A stretch of 62,864 nt of DNA, counting the filler, from Polymyxa betae A26-41 (Eukaryota; Protista; Endomyxa: Phytomyxea), in the NCBI GenBank assembly GCA_003693705.1. It is 8 parts of 8 records of this genome, joined end to end, with 100 filler letters (N's around TTAATTAATTAA, not from the genome) between each part and the next. Parts side by side here need not be neighbours in the genome. Positions count along the whole stretch, not along the records: positions 9,561 to 24,996 come from RBZT01000639.1; positions 25,097 to 29,157 come from RBZT01000016.1; positions 29,258 to 43,804 come from RBZT01000242.1; 5 more parts are not named here. One strand, written 5' to 3'. The notes under the pieces were generated by a model. The model did not search any database. It had not been told where the DNA came from and saw only the letters and a program-made list of their open reading frames with translations. A program made the translations under genes and the position numbers. Position 1 is the first letter of the stretch; the number at the start of each line of letters is the position of its first letter. This document shows positions 24,604 through 37,659 of this stretch, piece by piece.

Positions 24604-24996
24604 TGTTAAGATTGCAATGATGAATGCAGAATGAATATATTAAATAGATTACAAGCCCTTAAATATAGCCAGAGTCGGAGGATAGCTCGGACCTCCGAGA
24701 GTTTCCGGTTCATCGGAGCTTATTCGATATAGTGAGCTTTCCGATTCATCGGAGCTTAGTCAATATATTGCGCTTAATTCTGACACAGACCGGCGAGACC
24801 AATGAGCATAGCTCCTCAAATTCCTGAGCAGTGAAATTCGTCAAGCATTTAAATAAAGTAGGAGTTTGTAGCAAGTCTACTAAATTGATGATACAGTTGT
24901 AATGATGAATGCAGAATGATTATATTAGATGGATTACAAGCGTTTTTATATCACTATGATCGGAGGTTTGCTCGGAACTCGGAGAGATTCCGATCA
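24604..24996. repeat. LTR-like repeat family: copies at 24604-24785, ~24895-24996 and inverted at ~29545-29640
   Basis: Shared AATGATGAATGCAGAATGA.TATATT...GATTACAAG and TCGGAGG.T.GCTCGGA blocks. First copy has TG...CA ends. Confidence 0.65.
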
Positions 24997-25212
24997 NNNN
25001 NNNNNNNNNNNNNNNNNNNNNNNNNNNNNNNNNNNNNNNNTTAATTAATTAANNNNNNNNNNNNNNNNNNNNNNNNNNNNNNNNNNNNNNNNNNNNGAAG
25101 ACGATAATCGTAATTAGGAAGTGTTATTTATTTCGATCATACTGACAACAAAGGTCAGGTACATGAGCTTCTTGTCACAGATCACCTGTGAGATATCGCA
25201 TGTTGACATCGC

Positions 25213-28200
25213 TTACTTAACACGCCCCTTCGATGTTAACGTGGTTTCTGCTTGATTCATTTCCATCTTCATCATCGATCCGTCGGCATCTTTATTGTCG
25301 TGCTCCGATATTTGAACTAGCATCTCGTCTCGGTGTTTTCGGAAAAGATTTGTTCCGAGTGATTTTGTGAGAATGTCCGCCGTCATTTTTTCTGTCTGGC
25401 AGTATTTGATTTCCATCGCCTTCTCTTGAATCTGTTCGCGAATGAAGTGATATCGAATATCGATATGCTTAGTACGTTGTTTGGTGACATTGTTATTCGC
25501 CAGAAATATCGTGCTCTGATTGTCTTGGAATATGGTCACAGGATCGCACTGGGTTTTCAAAACCTCTTGATATAAATTCTTCATCCATTTCGCTTCTTTT
25601 GCGGCGTCATTGCAAGCCATGTATTCTGCTTCCGTAGTTGATTGCGCAACGGATTTTTGCTTTCTGGATCTCCAGGATACGATATCGTTTCCGATTAGCA
25701 TCAGCCACCCGGTGGTAGATTTACGGTCATCAACGTCGTCAGCGAAACTACTGTCAGCGTAGCAAGTTAAGTTGCTGCCCGGCCTCCCGAACATAAGTCC
25801 GTAATCCGCAGTTCCCTTCAGATACTTCAACACTCGTTGGACGCCTCGCCATAATTGGGTCGTCGGCCTTGAGACGGATCGGCTCAGCTTGTTCACGATG
25901 TAGGTGATGTCTGGTCGAGTGGCGTTCGCGATGAACATTAGAGCTCCAAGAGCCTCTCGTATCGGGTATTTGTTTTCGACAACCTTCGAGTCTTGGGTTT
26001 CACAACCCGACGCTGGGGTTGGCTCGGGTTTGCAGTCCATCTGCTTGAACTTTTCTAACACCTGCATTATGTAAGATCGTTGCGTGATTATTGTGTTTGG
26101 CCCATTTTGGATTATTTCAATTCCTAGGAATCGCTGTACGTGTCCGAGATCTTTCATCTGGTAGGACTTGTGTAGAGCGCTGTTCATTTCTTCTATTTTT
26201 TGCTCATCGTTTCCTGTTATTATCAGGTCATCAACATATACACCAATGATAATGATTGAGTCTGCTGATGTATGGTACCAGATGCATGGCTCATATCCAG
26301 ATTGATGGAGATTGTTTTCTTTCAGAGTTCGGAATAACGTTTGTTGCCATGCTCGCCCAGCCTGTTTAAGTCCATACAAGGCTTTGTTCAGGATGCACAC
26401 TTTGTGTTCTGCCCCTCGCTTAACAAAGCCTTCCGGCTNNNNNNNNNNNNNNNNNNNNNNNNNNNNNNNNNNNNNNNNNNNNNNNNNNNNNNNNNNNNNN
26501 NNNNNNNNNNNNNNNNNNNNNNNNNNNNNNNNCTTTGTGTAAATCCCTTAGCGACAAAGCGTGCTTTGAAGGCTAGTTTGTCATTATCCTTTTTCTTCGA
26601 GAATACCCATTTTCCATTAATAGGCCTAAATCCTTTTGGCAGGTCAACAAGCGTCCATGTCGCATTATCTTCATGTGCTTTCATTTCTGCTTTGGCTGCC
26701 TCTATCCACTTGGCACGCTCCGGTGAAATCATTGCTTCTGCATATCCTGTCGGTATATTGGGAACGCTTGTTTGGTAAGAGCTGTACTGTTCGTAGCTGA
26801 TCGCCAGCGGATCCTCATCATTCAATTGTTCAGATTTCCGCAGTCGCGGGACAGTCGATTCATCAAACGTCATGTCTCGGCGAACCAAGACTTTCTTGTC
26901 GCTGTCTCTCATGAAGATAAATCCCTTTGAATACTGGGAATATCCAAGGAAGATTCCCTTCTCAGCAGTTGGATCTAAAGAGGTCCGCAGCGAAGAGTTG
27001 ATATGTGAGTATGCGACACATCCGAAAGTTCGCATATGTCGAACATCTGGTTTGACGCCAATCCAGGACTCATGGGGTGTTTTCCAGTTCAGCGATTTCG
27101 TTGGTAATCTGTTTTGCGTGTATACGGCATATCGGACGGCAAATATCCACAATTCCTGTGGTAATCCAGCATCAATCAATACTGTTCTTGCCATGTTCAT
27201 GATGGTGAGATTTCGCCGTTCAGCCGTTCCGTTTTGTTCAGGGCTATATGGAACAGTTCGCTGATGTTTAATACCTTTCTTCAGTAGGAAATCACTTATT
27301 GTTCTGTTTACGTACTCTCCTCCGTTGTCTGTCAACAGGATATTCAGACGCTGTCTGGTTTCCGCCTTTCCGTCGGTAAGAAATCTTTCCATGCTTTCCT
27401 TTACATCCTCTGGTGACTTGCTTTTTAAGAAACTTACCCAGCACCATTTCGAGAATAGGCAGTTAAATGTTATATAATATTGATGCCCTTGGCTCGTTGT
27501 CAGCAGGGGTCCCTTCAGATCTGAACTGACTATTTCGAACGGTCTTGTAGGTTTTGTTTTTCTCTCGTGGGGGAATGGTTGACGTCGTGCTTGTCCTAGA
27601 GCACAACCACTGCACGTTGGCCGTTCAGCATTTTTCAGTTTAATGCCTTCACATTGCTCCGTCAACTGTTTCAATCTTTCGTCAGATGCATGCCCGAATC
27701 TCTTGTGAGCGTCTTCCAGGTTGATATCTGCCGTCGATGTCGTCGAGTTTGCTTCGAGATCTGCATCAATCAAATAGTAAAGACCGTTCCGGTTGTGAGC
27801 CGTCAGTATTGTCTCTCCGTTTTCTGATAAGATGTGCAGGTCCCTGTCTATGCAGATCTTATATCCCTGGGCGGTTATCGAGTTCGTAGCAATCAGGGTT
27901 TTGGTGATTTTAGGCACATATAGTACATCGGGGATTGATATTGGTGGGATTGTTGATAAGATCAGCGTCCCCTTCCCGATGACTTGAAGTATTCCTCCAT
28001 TGCTTGCAGTAACTTTGGAAGGAGTTTCAAACTTCTTGAATCCCTTCAAGCGATGTTTGTCCTTGGTCATGCAGACATTTGCCCCGCTATCTACAATCAT
28101 CGCATTCGCGAAGCTTTCTTGCTTGGACTCGGTATGAAATCCTGAAAACTCGTCATCCGTTTGGTTTTCTTCTTTTTTCTCTTCATCATCATGCTCGTTG

Positions 28201-29105
28201 TGATTGGCATGTCCCTTCTTGTTCCTTCGCAGTTCGGGATGTTCAACCCAGCATTGATCGATTTGATGGTTTATTCTCTTGCACCTTGTGCAGAACTTGA
28301 TTTTATTTGAGTTGCTTTTGCTTTTCAGCCGCTGTAATTCCGTATTCAACGATTGCAGCTCTAAGCTAAGTTCTTTGTTAGTGATGGCCTCGGAGCTTTT
28401 CGCGCTGTTTGTTTCATCACGTTCGCTTGAGAGCAGCAAGTTAGTCAATCTAGGAATCGTCGTGACTTGGGAAGCTCTGGCGGCTGCCTTTACTTGTTTG
28501 TATGAATCTGGTAAGCCATCGAGGGCTTTTATGCAAACAGCGAGCTCGCCTAGATCAATGTTATATGTTCGCAAATCATGGCTCAGCTCCACTATCGTAT
28601 CCAGATAGTTCTTCATTGACTGATTTGGCTTTTTCTGGATATGAATAAATTGCAGGAAACGATCACTTGCTTTGGATTCTGCGGATTCTTCATAGATTTC
28701 CTGCAGCCGCTTCCAAATCTGGCTAGTTGTTGTGCAAGTCGACACTTGTTTGTATTGTGATTGGGATAATAACATACAGATCTGTGCGGATGCTAACTTG
28801 TCGTTTCTCATTTCGATCCGACTTTCTTGAGAAGGCTCGTGTTCGAGATATGAGTCTATGCCCATAATTGTGAACTGGGTGTCCACTTTTCTTTTAAAGT
28901 CTTCCCAGTTTTTTCCGTTAAACTCTGGGATGAGTTTCAATCCAACATTATACTTCGATAGGTCGACTTCCTGTTGTAGCGAATGAGTTGTTGGTGCACT
29001 GATTGAGTTCATTCTTATAGATGAACGTTGGTTATTGATTTCTCGTTCTTCGATTGTTTCGGAGTTGTTATTTTCTTTGCTGGCTCGTTTTCTGGACGCG
29101 CCCAT
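25213..29105 (-). CDS. Copia gag-pol polyprotein (ORFs 26388..29105 and 25213..26400 are one protein split by an N gap)
   Basis: Gap 26439-26532 lies between GFTQ and PEGF of the RT. The frame change is explained by an inexact gap length. Confidence 0.85.
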
Positions 29106-29124
29106 TATTAGCAGTTGGCAATGG

Positions 29125-29139
29125 ATGGGACTCTTAATC
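29125..29139 (-). promoter_or_regulatory. Primer-binding site complementary to tRNA-Lys(CUU) anticodon arm (half-tRNA type)
   Basis: LTR end ...GCTGACA is directly followed by GATTAAGAGTCCCAT. Confidence 0.7.
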
Positions 29140-29699
29140 TGTCAGCTATAGCTCAGANNNNNNNNNNNNNNNNNNNNNNNNNNNNNNNNNNNNNNNNNNN
29201 NTTAATTAATTAANNNNNNNNNNNNNNNNNNNNNNNNNNNNNNNNNNNNNNNNNNNNATAATGAGGTCCAGAAAAGTTGAAGAGAGGATGCATCAGTCGC
29301 ATTGAAAATTTTCCTACAAAGATTTCCCAATCATCATTTTGAAGCCAGAATTCGCCAATATCTACGCCCCGTTGGAAAGAAATAACATGGAAATTCTGAT
29401 CCTGTTTATTGCCAAGCTTACATCTTTCTTCAAACATCAGATTTTCTTGTGGATGGAAGCGTGGTGGAGAGCCTATGTCATTACTTTACGCAGTATATTG
29501 ATGGTTTGACCGTAGGTCTTTGGACCGATGAACATCAATGATGTCCGATGAACTAGAATCCCTCCGACATCCGAGCTATCCTCCGACTTACTTTTTGTAA
29601 TCTATCGAATACATTCATTCTATAATTCAATTTGGAATCACTGCTACCTGTTCTAATCGGAAGACTCCACACCCCCATTCTTCAGATGGCTGGATAAAC

Positions 29700-31416
29700 G
29701 TTTGTCGATTTTCAACTTTTCATATACGAGGGACAGATTGCCTGAAAGGACAAGATGTAAGAGCACTACTAGAAATCATGGGCATAGTGTTTTCCAACCT
29801 GCGTCTATCATCTGGTCGTTGGTCGAGAGAGTAGCGGCAAAACATTTCTCATGCAAAGTTAGACAATTAGACATAATTGCCTTCTTACGAAAATGATGCG
29901 TTTGTGGTAAGGACCTAAATGAGCAAAGACGACCAGTTCGCAGAAAACACCTAACACCTTCAATGGAACAAATGCAAGCACCATGAATGCTTGATGAGCC
30001 AGCTTTTTGCATGGCCTTTGCTAAAGCTGGCAAGTCAGCCATACTAGACATTAATTTTACCTTGACCTAAATAAACTCTTTGGAAGCATCAACAATCCAG
30101 TATCAATAGACCTTTATCAGGGATCCAGACGAAGCATCAAAAATGCAGTGTCCGCTCTGGCTGATCATGTTTAACTCATGAGCCATGAGTTGGAAAAAGG
30201 CCTGGCTCGAGCACGAGGTCCTTACAATTGAAGAGGGTTTACATCGTGCTGTCGCAGGTAAGGTCAAGTATGAAAAGAGGTGAGGCCAAACATAAATTGT
30301 GTACACGAGATCCATCAAACGAATGAGCCAACCCGATCACCATTGTTTTCATATCTGTAAATATCACTATTGTTGCTGCCTATAGCATATAGCTGAGTAC
30401 GAGAAGTATATACGTACCTGTGCATTCCTTTTGTACGTTTGCGTCTTTTGCCTCCTGGTGAATAGGATACCTGTGAGTGGAATAACGAATCTGCTCAACA
30501 AATGGACGAATTTTCGATTGCAACCCTCCGCGATGTACGGAATGATACTATAACAAGCACAAACTGAAATTAAAGCGGTCTGTCAGAATGCAGAAACATG
30601 TTCAACAAAGAGAACGCCATTGACTCTTTGGACGAAGTTACAAACTTTTGTTCTGACATTACTGGCAATCTCCTGACTTCGATTCGTGAAGGCTTACCTT
30701 CAGGTAACGTGACAAAAACCCTAACCCTAAGAGCATTTCTGAAGGTTATGATGCTGTTTCCGACAAAACTGGTTGGCTTTATTCAGGTCCTGAATATCTT
30801 TCCGTTTTTCTTACGACACCGACGAAGCTGTTCGATGAGAATAAAAAAGGATTGTATGGGTCATTGTCCTATTTGTGGTATGCAAACGACTGCTTACAGC
30901 GCCGTTTGCGGCATTATTGCATGTATTCAGTTGGTGGGTAATTAATCCGTCACCTGTTTGGATATGATCCATTTTGCTGATCGCCTGGGGAAAGGGCTCG
31001 TCTTAAACGAGATCCTGGGCAGCGTGACAGTAGTGGTCGCCATGATACGTCGGAAACTCCTCGAACAGAACTGAGTCGTCGCCAACGTCCAGAGGCCCCT
31101 ACAGTTAATCCCCCAGACGAACCACCACGTCGATCTCGCCGCCAAACTTGTTGATTTTACGTTTTTTCGAGTGAATATAATTCACCCTTACGGCAATTTA
31201 TAAATATTCCGTGGGTCTACAACCCTAGACCATATCCTTTGAATTGAATAGGTTTTCAATTGAACGTTTTTCAATAATTTTCTCATCAATCGATTCGGGA
31301 TTACGAATACATCATAATATGGGGCAGGTAAAATTGACCAAGTCCGATGCGGCAAATTCCAGGCTTCTCAAAAGTGAAGAGTGAAAAATATTCACTCTAC
31401 GCAGTGCGTATCAGGG
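29700..31416 (+). mobile_element. Divergent piggyBac-like element copy 1 (heavily decayed, right end retained)
   Basis: Cys-rich domain HCPICGMQTTAYSAVCGIIAC..C..H. 30860-31416 aligns with 42670-43220 and ends ...TCAGGG. Left boundary approximate. Confidence 0.7.
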
Positions 31417-31429
31417 AGACTCTAAAACA

Positions 31430-32330
31430 ACTGTTCATCATCTACAGTCAGCGAGTGGTAGCCTCGCTGTCATCCAATGCGATCAATTCATCACATTTTT
31501 CATCAGCTTCGCCATTCAACCCTAGAGATTCTGACAAATCCTGATGCAATGTAATGTTTGACAGCATATTGGCCAAATCTTGGATGGCATCATTGTCATC
31601 AGTGGACACAGTGCGACTTAAAACAACATTATTCTCATCAGCGACGGTACCGAGAGCTGTAAAACGTTAGCTTTCTCAAAGCAACGCCGAAATACATTCG
31701 CTTCAATATTTTGATACGCTTCCGCCAACCAAGTAAAAGCGTCTCGTAAATGACAATGGCCATTGAGTGGAAACCTCGGTGATCGACGGTTTTCAGATAA
31801 TTGCTGCCACAATTCGTATTCAGTGAATAAAGTCTGCAATTGTGCATTTTGAAAGACTGAGTTATGCCTTGGTCAAAGGCTGACAGTTACTTGTTGCGTT
31901 TGGCGGGAAGAAAATAATAACCGCACTTCCGAATTTGAATTATGTATCCTGTGAGCTGATGGACCGAGCATTTTTGCATCAAAAACATGTGAAGAACAGT
32001 TGTCTAGAAGCAGAAAGGATTTGCTTTGGTAACCGCATCATTGAAGAACCATATTGCCAAGAATTAGTTCGGTGGTTGTTAACCAAGGCAGTATGTCTGA
32101 TTGATACTGATATCCTTCAGAGCGAGTGGGCATATTGATTTGCCGATAACCTGTAACAAGCTTTTCGCCAGCAGCAATCACAATAGGGGTAACAGTAATC
32201 CGTTCCTGCTCATTTTCACTCAGCGACCATCACTGTTGTAATTGATTGTAACATTTTGATCTCGAAGTTGTTTCAAATAGCAATACTGTCTCGTCCAGGT
32301 TCCAGATATTCTCCAAAGGAATCCCCTTCA
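31430..32330 (-). pseudogene. pogo/Tigger-like (DDE_1) transposase remnant
   Basis: IWNLDET.L.F, ERITV, LLLDNCSSH, FLPPNATS..QP, LRDAFTWLAEAY. Confidence 0.85.
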
Positions 32331-33079
32331 AGTTGCTTACGAATCCCTTCCAACCGATTCCCGAGGGATAACTCTGTATAGCACCATTCGAATATACAAA
32401 TTCAACCAAGCTTCCTAACCTTGGTGAAGAAATCACTTTGGCGGCGATTATGGCAAGGATGCATGGAAACTTGCAATAATTAAATTGACTTAGATTCTGA
32501 TCACACCAATGCCAATCCCAGTAATTATATGGAAAATGTCGCGAGCTGGAATCTATGAGTGGTGGGAGTCAGCATGCAAATTCCGTTATTGCAAACAGGT
32601 GACGACGAGGACGCCCCAGATTCGATTCCCACAAAGGCGAAATCTCATAATGATGATGTCAACCTTGGCTGTTCATCTGAAATCCCGTTTAAATTCAGTG
32701 TTAACCAATAAAACGAAGGATACATAAGCAACAAACCTGGTGGCCAGCCGAAGATTACACCACTTTAGAATTAGCAGCTTGACAGTCTTTTGGCCGGGTT
32801 ATCCCGCGATAAATTACTGTGGCTACTGGAATTTTTGAAACCGGACAGAATCCATCTTGTGAAAACGACAGCCACACCGACAAGACTTTTCGTATCGACC
32901 AGGTACCTTCATGGCAGGATGTAGACAGAGTGGCCGCTAGTCTGCCCAAAAGTATCGTAAAGACTGTCACATGCCGACAAGATGTTCATAATGAGTTTAA
33001 AGGTTCACCTTTGAACACGACAATTAGGGGAATGAAGGCCCCGTATGTTGAAGTTTCCCTTCAAAATGCTGTTTTCAAA

Positions 33080-33170
33080 ACTTTGAGATAATGTTCGCAC
33101 AAAACACCACTTCCAACACAAGCCCATGGTGTCATATTCGAACAAAACACCAGTTAATCGTAAGGGTTAA
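33080..33170. mobile_element. Probable piggyBac-type terminus
   Basis: Two ACAAAACACCA subterminal repeats followed by AAGGG|TTAA (33162-33170). Confidence 0.45.
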
Positions 33171-33422
33171 CTCGAGACGGAGCATTTCGCATTCCACTGA
33201 GTAGCTTGATGGACTACTGCGACAGTAATGTTTTGCAGAATATCCCCTACTACAGACTTATTTCGGTAAGAATTTCGGTATTGGAATTCAAACATAATCT
33301 ATTCGCTTAGATTTTCACGCAAGATCTTTACTCTGAAAAAGACCCCAAAACAGCCATGTCAATTGTCTGTATCGCGGACGGACTTATTTCGGCATGAATT
33401 ACAGTATCGAAGTTCTAATAGG

Positions 33423-33780
33423 TGTGAGGACTGGGACAGGGCGAGGAAGAATAAACGAAGACTACGGAGAAGCAGGCGAACAAGACTTAATAAGAATCGA
33501 ATANNNNNNNNNNNNNNNNNNNNNNNNNNNNNNNNNNNNNNNNNNNNNNNNNNNNNNNGATGACTCATGAGGTAGCTCGGAAGCTGAACGGAAGTAGTGA
33601 ATCATGACATTACCCCTGTTCTAGACGAGCGGGTACCAGACGCTCGAGAAGGTTGTGAGGCGGTGAAGGCAGGACCGGGAAGATCGGGGTGGAGACGATG
33701 GAATTCGGCGACGAGGCCAGGAACGTCTGTGGCGATGACTTCGGCAGGCTCCCATGAACGATCCATCAATTTCCGAATCT
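33423..33780. repeat. LTR-like repeat, second copy at ~43536-43804
   Basis: Shared GAGGACTGGGACAGGGCGAG and TCATGAGGTAGCTCGGAAGCTGAACGGAAGTAGTGAATCATGA blocks. Starts TGTGAGG; other end not resolved. Confidence 0.7.
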
Positions 33781-33879
33781 ACCATCATTATCCAATATTT
33801 ACTTGACCTACATAAATAATACGCATTAAAACACATATGGGATAAAGCTTGAATTTATTTAGTGACTTTCAATTGAATT

Positions 33880-36800
33880 TTAAAATTCAGAAACCTCCTT
33901 CGCCAATTCGTGGCCTTCTGCCTTCAATTTTTTCACATAGCTACTAACTTTTGCAGGAATATCTTCGCATAAAGTCTTTAATGGTTCCCATGAGTTTTCA
34001 TCGGTAGAGAAACCCTTCCATTGAACCAGTAGCTCTAGTTGATTTGTTGCCGGATTGAGCCGACAACCCTTCAAGTTTTCAACTTGATAACTTTCGTTAT
34101 CATGCGCGAACTGACGTTTGATTTCCTCTGTAAGATTAAGTTTGTCATCAGCATATTAACGAATCCGGTCCCCATGGACCCATTTCTTGCTCAAGTCTAT
34201 GATGTTTTCGACTTCGAACACATATGTGGACTCCGCAGCGACAATTCGGTACGGGCCCCGCCACTTCAGGAACAATTTACGCACGGACATTTTCGTCGGC
34301 TCTGCTACACCGACCAGTACATAGTCACCAATACCAAAGTTTGGGTCCCTGCGATACTGATTCGCCTTTGTCTTCTTTGCGGCTCGTTGCTTTTGTGAAG
34401 CCTCAACTACATCCTTATGCATTTTCGACAATGCCTCTTCCAGGTCATCTATAGATTTCTGAATCTGAACCTTCGACATAGGAACTTTAATAAAGTTTAT
34501 ATTTTGTGGATTTTTAAATACCTCATCAAGTGGGTTATCAGGTGATAGACCCGTCATCACTGTTACTGGGGCATTTCCATTCAGCCGGCTATGTGGCCGA
34601 TGATTCAATGTATGCTCAACATTGGAATTCAGCCAGGGCCAGTATTCTTTGTCCCATCGTAACTCTGATAGTAGTGCACGTATCAACGATAAATAGCACT
34701 GGTTTATCACTTCAATACTTCCATTTTTATAATGCCCGTATGCTGTGGTGATGTGCTGTGTAATGTTACACCGCTGGGCAAATTTCTTCATCGTTTCTGA
34801 AACGAAGTATGACGCCATATCTGAGACTAGAGTTTCCGGGGTCCCGAACGGCGCTCTCCATTCCAAAAGTGCGTCAACTGTAACCTCGGTATCGGGCATT
34901 TTCGACGGGGTTATCTTCACGAGTCCCGAAAGATCATCTCGCAGTATGAGATTCCACTGGTATTCATGCATACCGTTTTTCTTCATTGGCCAAATAGAGA
35001 TCCAATCCATATGGATTATTTGATTACACTTAGATGCATGAATCTGTGTACCTAATGGCCTGGGGATTCTCACCCCTCCTCTGGTTGGCAAACAATGTAG
35101 ACAGGAGTTACATAGAGTTCGCATGTCTTCAGCGCAATTCTGCCAATAGAAAGATTGCGATAATTTCTGAGTAACAGCCTGGAATCCCAAGTGACCGCTA
35201 TTACCACCGGCATGCGCAATAATACATAATCTGGTCTTCAAATCGTCAGCTTCTGCTGGTATAATGATCTTCTTTTTATCATGTGTAATAATTAAACCAT
35301 CTTCGTTATATTTAGGGTTTTCACCTGTAATAGGTCTTCTTGTGTCTTCTTAATTTCTTCAACTGACGGCCAAGTGAATTCAGGCCTTTGTAACGGTCTG
35401 ACCCGTGCTTCATCGGGAATCTGAAGGCGTTTCGCTCTTCTGACGGCTTTTATTTGTTCTTCTGGGATCTGGCTGGTTCCCCATCTCGTCATAAGGTCTG
35501 CCCAGAGATTATCTTCGCCTTTGATGTGTTCAATATCATAGCGTAATCTCTGCATCTCCAGAGCCCATCTTTGCAATTTCTGCGCAGTCGGCTTCGTTAC
35601 CAGTTGCGGAGAAAAAATCTGTATAAGATTCTTATGATCACAAAACAGTTTAAATGGCTTCTTCATTTGTAATAAATATTCCAATTTCTGCATTGTGTCT
35701 TTTATTGCAAAGCCTTCTTTTTCGGCTACAGACCAGTTTATCTCGGTCCCATTGAATCTGTGCCCTACGAACCCTAAGGGCTCGTGCCTCTGAACCTGAA
35801 CTGGTTTGCCCAAGTCTTCTACCGGAATTTGAGTAACCATTCCGGATGTGTTGTATTCATTAGCATCAGTAAACATGCATTGTATCATGTCTTCTCTTGG
35901 ATATGCCAGCTTAGTACGACTTGCTATCGCACTCTTCAACTTCTCGACTGCCAGCGCATGCTGCGGGCCCCAACCCTATTTCATGAGACGAACTTGTCTG
36001 GCAATGCTTTTCGTTCGTCCTGGTTGGCTCTTCATGGCATTTTCAAATATATCTTGCAGAGATCGCACGATCGTATTATTGTCAGGAATCGAGCGACTCA
36101 TCCACTGAGTGGCCATCAAAAATTGCTGTAGGTCCTTCGCAGTATTGGGCTGCGGGATTGCTACCAGTGCTTCAATTCTATCCGTGTCGTGAGTTACGCC
36201 GTCCGGGGAGAATATTCTTCCGCAAAACTTAGCGGATCTCGTATAGAGCTCACATTTCTTAACATTAAATTTTATGTTACTCCTTACTGCTAATCTCAAA
36301 GTAGTTTCCAATGCATGAAACCACTCTTCTAAAGTCTTCGCATGTCCTAAAAGGTCATCAATCCAAACAATTAGCGACTTATATATTAGAGTTTTAAAGA
36401 CCAAGGCCATTCGGGCTTGGAATTGTGTCGCTGAGTTCAGAGCTCCCTGAATGGATCTTCTGGGTGTGTATATTCCCCGGTCTGCATAAATGAAAACATT
36501 TCTTGACAATCTTCAGATAACGGCATCATCCAGAAACCTTTAAAGGCATCTAACTTAAACCAATACCTGGAACCCGCCAAGTGATTGACGATAGATTCTA
36601 GGAATGGCATCGGCCATGCCGTACTCTCACTGATAGCGTTAACTGCGCGTAAGTCCACACACATGCCATCTGCCTTCTTAACTACTACTACTGGAGAAGC
36701 CCATCTCGAATTGGGATTTTCATAGAGTAACCCGTATTGTAGTAGTTCTTGAAGAAATTTCTTCAGGAATTCGCGGTCTTCCGGTTTGTATTGCCTCGCT

Positions 36801-37470
36801 TTGCGTTTAAAAGGCGCGGCGTTAGGCTTCAGCTGGGTGACGAATGGCGGTACATTGGCTGGTGGATCACGACCTAACCTTACTTGCCAAGCGTCCTTAT
36901 AGCGGTATACCAAGCGTTTTAAATTAATTATGCCATTGATCGGGTAGGCCATTATCCACAGCTCTCTGCAGCGTTTCTTCAATGCCTGACTGCTTACCCG
37001 CTTCGTCCGTGGGTCGGCGAATTGCGTCCTCTTCTCTTCTACCCCCGACTCTTTTTAACGCTGTCATTGGTCTCCCTCGATCTCCGGAGCCGCTTCGGCA
37101 GCCGTACTGGCCCTGCTACGCAGAAGTACTGCGTCGAGCGCTCTTTTCGGCTCTATACCGAGTTCTTCGAGGAAATCGCTCCCCAGTATAATTTCATCAC
37201 TAGGGACGTCCCAAATCAGGCACTTCCTGCGCCGTAGCACGACTTCACCGGCACATGTCCGTAGCCATATATCGACCGTTACGGCGTCCGTGGCCACCAC
37301 CGTAGTAACATTATCACCTAAGCGTAATATCACAGGCTCCGATAGGCGCTCTTTCTGGATCGTTGGGTCGAGATCCATAGTTCGCAAGTTCTCGACCACT
37401 TCTTCATCGCCAAAATCGACCGTGTCTTGCTCGGTCAGCTCTTCAGTCATCACGACGGTCATCTTCCGCC
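33880..37470 (-). mobile_element. Ty3/Gypsy family A pol (PR-RT-RH-INT-chromo), frameshifted
   Basis: IILGSDFL, WASPV, CVDLR, LDAFKGFW, QGALNSA, VWIDDLL, FTDA, EKEGFAI, CDHKNL, HMDW/NGSIE and LLVQWKGF...NSWEP. Confidence 0.93.
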
Positions 37471-37659
37471 AAAAGATATCTTTCTGGCAATCTACTCGTC
37501 TGTGCACACAATCTGTGGGTGAAATCAGAATGGATCCTTCAATCCAGTTCCAGGACGGTTGCTCCGTCACGGACCCCGTGACGGAGTCGTCCCGATTATT
37601 AGTTTAGTTTATATATAATAAAAATAAAGGTCTTTTTCTGGAAATTACTGTATTAATTG

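Larger units (their letters stand above)
25097..29157 (-). mobile_element. Near-intact Ty1/Copia element (gag-PR-INT-RT-RH), both LTRs clipped by spacers
   Basis: No internal stops from 29105 to 25213 apart from the N gap. CTRCKRINHQIDQC, VDSGA, HKRFGH..CSGC, DLKGP/TDNGGEY/NGTAER, YGLKQA, YVDD, YADS, KHIDIRYHF. PPT AAGGGGCG then TGTTAAG at 25222. Confidence 0.96.

Noticed and set aside
26388-26532. Apparent programmed frameshift in the Copia pol
   Set aside because: The frame change spans a 94-N gap shorter than the RT segment expected between GFTQ and PEGF, so it is a gap-size artefact.
29125-29157. tRNA-Lys gene
   Set aside because: Only the anticodon arm matches, and the TAGCTCAG lies on the wrong side. 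Better explained as PBS plus LTR end.
30715-30730. Telomeric CCCTAA repeat
   Set aside because: Only two units inside decayed coding sequence.
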